64,000 bases of DNA from a bacterium (lineage in GTDB: Bacteria; Patescibacteriota; Saccharimonadia; Saccharimonadales; SZUA-47), in contig JAUIBF010000001.1 in NCBI GenBank assembly GCA_030428125.1, positions 162,793 through 226,792 of the forward strand. The letters run 5' to 3'. The notes under the pieces were generated by a model. That model was given only the letters and a program-made list of their open reading frames with translations. It made no database searches and was not told the origin of the DNA. Below, in pieces: positions 61,120 through 64,000 of the stretch (within the stretch, counting starts at the first letter, position 1; the number at the start of each line of letters is the position of its first letter). The translations under genes and the position numbers were made by a program.

Positions 61120-61168
61120 GAAATCGGATTTAAATCCGAGTTAACTCCGATTTAAGCCAAATTAACAG
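61120..61168. repeat. Palindromic TTAAATC-repeat element, copy B (inverted relative to copy A).
   Basis: gaaatcggatttaaatccgagttaactccgatttaagcc. Its reverse complement matches 48355-48399. Confidence 0.6.
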
Positions 61169-61207
61169 ATACATTTAATGATAGACCACTCTTCGACCAG
61201 CCATCTA

Positions 61208-61335
61208 CTGAAGCTAAAAAAGGGAAAAGAGCAACCAGAGCATCGGATTCATTCCGTGCCCTGCGCGTTGAGGAAAACCGGGGTCCCCAAAAATCAAAGA
61301 TTTTATGGGGTATAGGTACCGTAGGTTGTCCTCAA
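61208..61335. repeat. 128-bp repeat, copy 2 (downstream of atpC).
   Basis: See copy 1. Confidence 0.9.
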
Positions 61336-61346
61336 GAGCGACAGTG

Positions 61347-62327
61347 TTAATCAATTACGATGTAATCGAACGATATAGAGCCAGATGGCAAACCACTACT
61401 TGTAGCGATACTAAACGAAGTAGATGTTCTGTTGCTTAGATAGAATTTCTGAGTTCCAGTTATAGTAGGAGAGCCTTGAGAGGCTACAGGAGTAATAACG
61501 ACGTGTGGAGTTGAGTTGAATGAATTAGCAAAGCTAACAGTAGCTAATACTCCTGAACTGGCGCTGCCACCTACGTTAACTGTTACAGTGCCTGCCGTGT
61601 CAGTTCCGCTGATTGTCACAGTACCACCTGAACCAGTTGCCCCACCTCCACTAATTCCTGGAGTTGGCCCCCCTGCATCGATGTGTTGGTTGACAACTAA
61701 TTCCTCGTCAACCTGCAAACTTTGAATTGCAAATGTTGCCGCTGAAAATGTGCCAGAAAAAGTCACCGGCCCACTAACCGTTAAGCCTTCTTGAACGCTA
61801 AGTTGTCCCTGGATGCTAGCATCACCGGCTATATTCAGGGTATTTATTGTGACTTCGTCGAATGCACTAGCACCTGAAACAGTAATTCCAGGCAAGCTCA
61901 AAGATCCTCCAACTTTTATTGGTCCAGCAACATCTAGTCCGTCTCGAATCAAAACTTTTCCGGTGAATACAGAGTCAGCCTCGACGGTCAGGATTTGATT
62001 AGGGTCTCCTACACGAGCATCGCTTCCGATCAGCTCATCGACAGCTTCTTGAGTTAATTCCTGGGATTCGAACGAAGCTTCTTCGCCACCTTGGCTTGCC
62101 TGGAAAACTACAAAGAAAATGATTCCACCAACTAGTAACAAGAGCATGAATAATAGTAGGTAAATGTTTAATCCAGAAGCGAGACCCCTTAGCTTGCCTA
62201 TCGGTCCCTTAGCTTTTTTAGATGCTGGTGAGGTTTTAATCTCCTCTTTTTTTTCTACGCTAGTAGATTCCTCTTCCAGATTCTCCAGAGAGTTAGATTC
62301 CTCACCCGATTGCTTGTTTTCTTCCAT
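61347..62327 (-). CDS. Membrane-anchored protein with an acidic N-terminus, one TM helix and a Gly/Ser/Thr/Val-rich beta-helix-like repeat domain (bactofilin-like pattern).
   Basis: TM IYLLLFMLLLLVGGIIFFVV. Repeats such as GKVLIRDGLDVAGPIKVGGSLSLPGITVSGASAFDEVTINTLNIAGDASIQGQLSV. Confidence 0.5.
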   Translation of the reverse strand: MEENKQSGEESNSLENLEEESTSVEKKEEIKTSPASKKAKGPIGKLRGLASGLNIYLLLFMLLLLVGGIIFFVVFQASQGGEEASFESQELTQEAVDELIGSDARVGDPNQILTVEADSVFTGKVLIRDGLDVAGPIKVGGSLSLPGITVSGASAFDEVTINTLNIAGDASIQGQLSVQEGLTVSGPVTFSGTFSAATFAIQSLQVDEELVVNQHIDAGGPTPGISGGGATGSGGTVTISGTDTAGTVTVNVGGSASSGVLATVSFANSFNSTPHVVITPVASQGSPTITGTQKFYLSNRTSTSFSIATSSGLPSGSISFDYIVID

Positions 62328-62475
62328 ATATAAAAATGCTTGATAATTTTGCTTTTGATTATAGTTTATATCACTAGTGCTTAATTACCAAAGAAAAGCT
62401 TAAGTAATTTGCATGTTTTTAAAAAAGCTGAGATACTGAACCCGTATAGTCTAAATAAACAAAAACGAGACAAAA

Positions 62476-63168
62476 ATGGCTTACAGACACAATGACGCAC
62501 TTCACAAGCATCAAAAGCGAGCTAGTAGGTTGCGAATAGTTGCAGTAGTTTTTTCACTGTTATTTTTAGTGGGTGTTGCTGTTGTTTCGTTTGATTGGAT
62601 CAGAAATCAGATTAGTAATTCAGAAACTGTAGTTTCTAGTGAAAATAGTAAAGTCGTACAATCGGCCAATGTGTCGGTGCACAGGACCGAGTTTTTTCAA
62701 TTTCAGGCGCCGGAACCGTGGATAGAAATAGCAAACGAAACCCCAAACAGGTTCGAATATGTTAAAAATAATGGGAATCTAATAACTCAAAAACTAACCG
62801 TAATTGTAGATAGGCCCGAAACTAATAGAGAAGCAGACTTTAAGCTAACAAGAGTTTTGCCAATCGATATCGATGATTTAGGGAATTTTAATCCAGCGAA
62901 TTCCGTTTCAGAACACTGTAACGATAGCTGGCCAGAAGGACTAAAGAGAAACCCTTCACGCATAGATCACGATAACGTAAGTTTTGTGTGTGCACCAAGT
63001 TCTCAGCAATATAATGTTGTAGTTGGGGTCAATGGGGGCTCCGATACTATTAATGTTGTCAGGGAAGACGGAAGCGAATTTAATCTGTTTGTCGTATTTA
63101 GTGATCTGACGGCTTATCCATCAGCAGGTGACATTTATAATATAGTCTCAAGCTTTAGAACATTATAA
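62476..63168 (+). CDS. Hypothetical protein with an N-terminal TM anchor.
   Basis: TM IVAVVFSLLFLVGVAVVSF, with an RBS-like acaaaaacgagac upstream. Confidence 0.5.
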   Translation: MAYRHNDALHKHQKRASRLRIVAVVFSLLFLVGVAVVSFDWIRNQISNSETVVSSENSKVVQSANVSVHRTEFFQFQAPEPWIEIANETPNRFEYVKNNGNLITQKLTVIVDRPETNREADFKLTRVLPIDIDDLGNFNPANSVSEHCNDSWPEGLKRNPSRIDHDNVSFVCAPSSQQYNVVVGVNGGSDTINVVREDGSEFNLFVVFSDLTAYPSAGDIYNIVSSFRTL

Positions 63169-63203
63169 TTTATCAATCGTTATGGTATAGTTTATCCATA
63201 AGC

Positions 63204-63956
63204 ATGAAAGAAAAACTGAGGCATTTTCTAGGTTTAGTCGTAGTAACTTTGCTGCTAGGTGGAGGCGTTGCTTCGGCACAAATCCCTAGCTCAACGAACT
63301 ATAGCGTTCCTGAGTCGGGTTTTAGCACAGGGAGTGAAATAGATGCAAACTCCGCAAGCTATAACGCCAGGACCTCTATTGGAGACCTAGGCGTTGGACT
63401 GTCAGAATCTGGTTCTTACTTGGGTTTTGCAGGCTTTATAACGCCTGATGAAGAATATGTAGAACTCAATATACCGGTAACAACGGTTGATCTAGGTGGA
63501 GGATCTCCACTAGATCCTGGAGTTCCAGGATCGGGCACTGCTGTAATCACAGCAAGAACTTACTTGAATAACCAGTACATAATTGTTTCACCGAGAGACC
63601 CTCCAACAAATGAAAGTGGTGATTCTTTTGACCCGATAACAACTGCCGCGATATATAACTCGAGTGTCGAGCAGTTCGGTATGAACCTAGTCGCTAACAC
63701 CTCACCGGTCGTACAAGGCGCCGACCCAAGCAGGCAGCCAGTCGATGATGGTACATTTGCGTTTGGTGAAGCAGCTCCTGGCTACAATACAGCAGATAAC
63801 TATCAGTACAACGCCGGTGATATCATTGCTCGTTCAGTAACCAGAGGTTACGGAGAGACAGTCTATACGATATCTTATATCGCGAATATTATTTCAACTA
63901 CTCCCGCTGGGCAGTATGTAATGGAACAGGACCTAGTCATCACAGCCACTTTTTAA
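63204..63956 (+). CDS. Secreted hypothetical protein (signal peptide).
   Basis: Signal LGLVVVTLLLGGGVASAQ. Confidence 0.5.
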   Translation: MKEKLRHFLGLVVVTLLLGGGVASAQIPSSTNYSVPESGFSTGSEIDANSASYNARTSIGDLGVGLSESGSYLGFAGFITPDEEYVELNIPVTTVDLGGGSPLDPGVPGSGTAVITARTYLNNQYIIVSPRDPPTNESGDSFDPITTAAIYNSSVEQFGMNLVANTSPVVQGADPSRQPVDDGTFAFGEAAPGYNTADNYQYNAGDIIARSVTRGYGETVYTISYIANIISTTPAGQYVMEQDLVITATF

Positions 63957-64000
63957 CAAGCTGTGGAAAACTAAGCACAAAAGTTTTGCATTTAATTTGT

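Overview
This 64 kb window reads as a small-genome bacterium with standard genetic code (TGA is a stop, e.g. at tpiA). Many genes have strong AGGAGG-type RBSs and several tRNAs have genomically encoded CCA. The gene content (LPXTG-like surface proteins, a type IV pilin, an F-type ATP synthase, and few biosynthetic genes) is consistent with a Patescibacteria/CPR-like organism, but that is only inference.

Core genes I can support:
- glycolytic trio pyk-pgk-tpiA
- uvrD/pcrA helicase, a NUDIX hydrolase, and a G5-domain cell-wall hydrolase
- rsmA/ksgA, a MarR regulator, and a GH37 trehalase
- metG and tatD (overlapping), and a cysteine desulfurase
- an F1Fo ATP synthase cluster (b, delta-like, alpha, gamma, beta, epsilon) with no a or c subunit genes in this window
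- a DHFR-family protein plus an adenylate-kinase-like protein
- a CapA-family protein, an MscS-like channel, an MFS transporter, and a ClC-like channel
- a type IV pilin
- a giant 2609-aa surface protein built from three LamG modules, FN3/Ig-like domains, about 13 FG-GAP repeats and a C-terminal domain

RNA genes:
- tRNA-Glu(TTC), minus strand
- tRNA-Phe(GAA), minus strand
- tRNA-Gly(GCC), plus strand
- tRNA-Leu(TAA), plus strand
- a tmRNA (ssrA) on the minus strand with a recognisable ...FALAA tag reading frame

Most notable is a ~6.4 kb integrated island bounded by a perfect 19-bp direct repeat of the tRNA-Gly 3' end (25581-25599 and 32024-32042). It carries a large serine recombinase and an 817-aa Rad50/SMC-like ABC ATPase with a CxxC zinc hook. 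The ATPase's C-terminal domain carries an R-x3-E...H arrangement reminiscent of PrrC/RloC anticodon nucleases, so I rank it as a candidate RloC-like defence module. It is flanked by small proteins of unknown function.

Other unexplained structure:
- a 128-bp near-identical repeat flanking atpD-atpC
- a palindromic TTAAATC-repeat element present twice
- a tRNA-like 91-nt element next to tRNA-Phe
- a partial tRNA-Leu duplicate
- five perfect 42-bp tandem repeats inside a Thr-rich surface protein gene

No CRISPR array was found.
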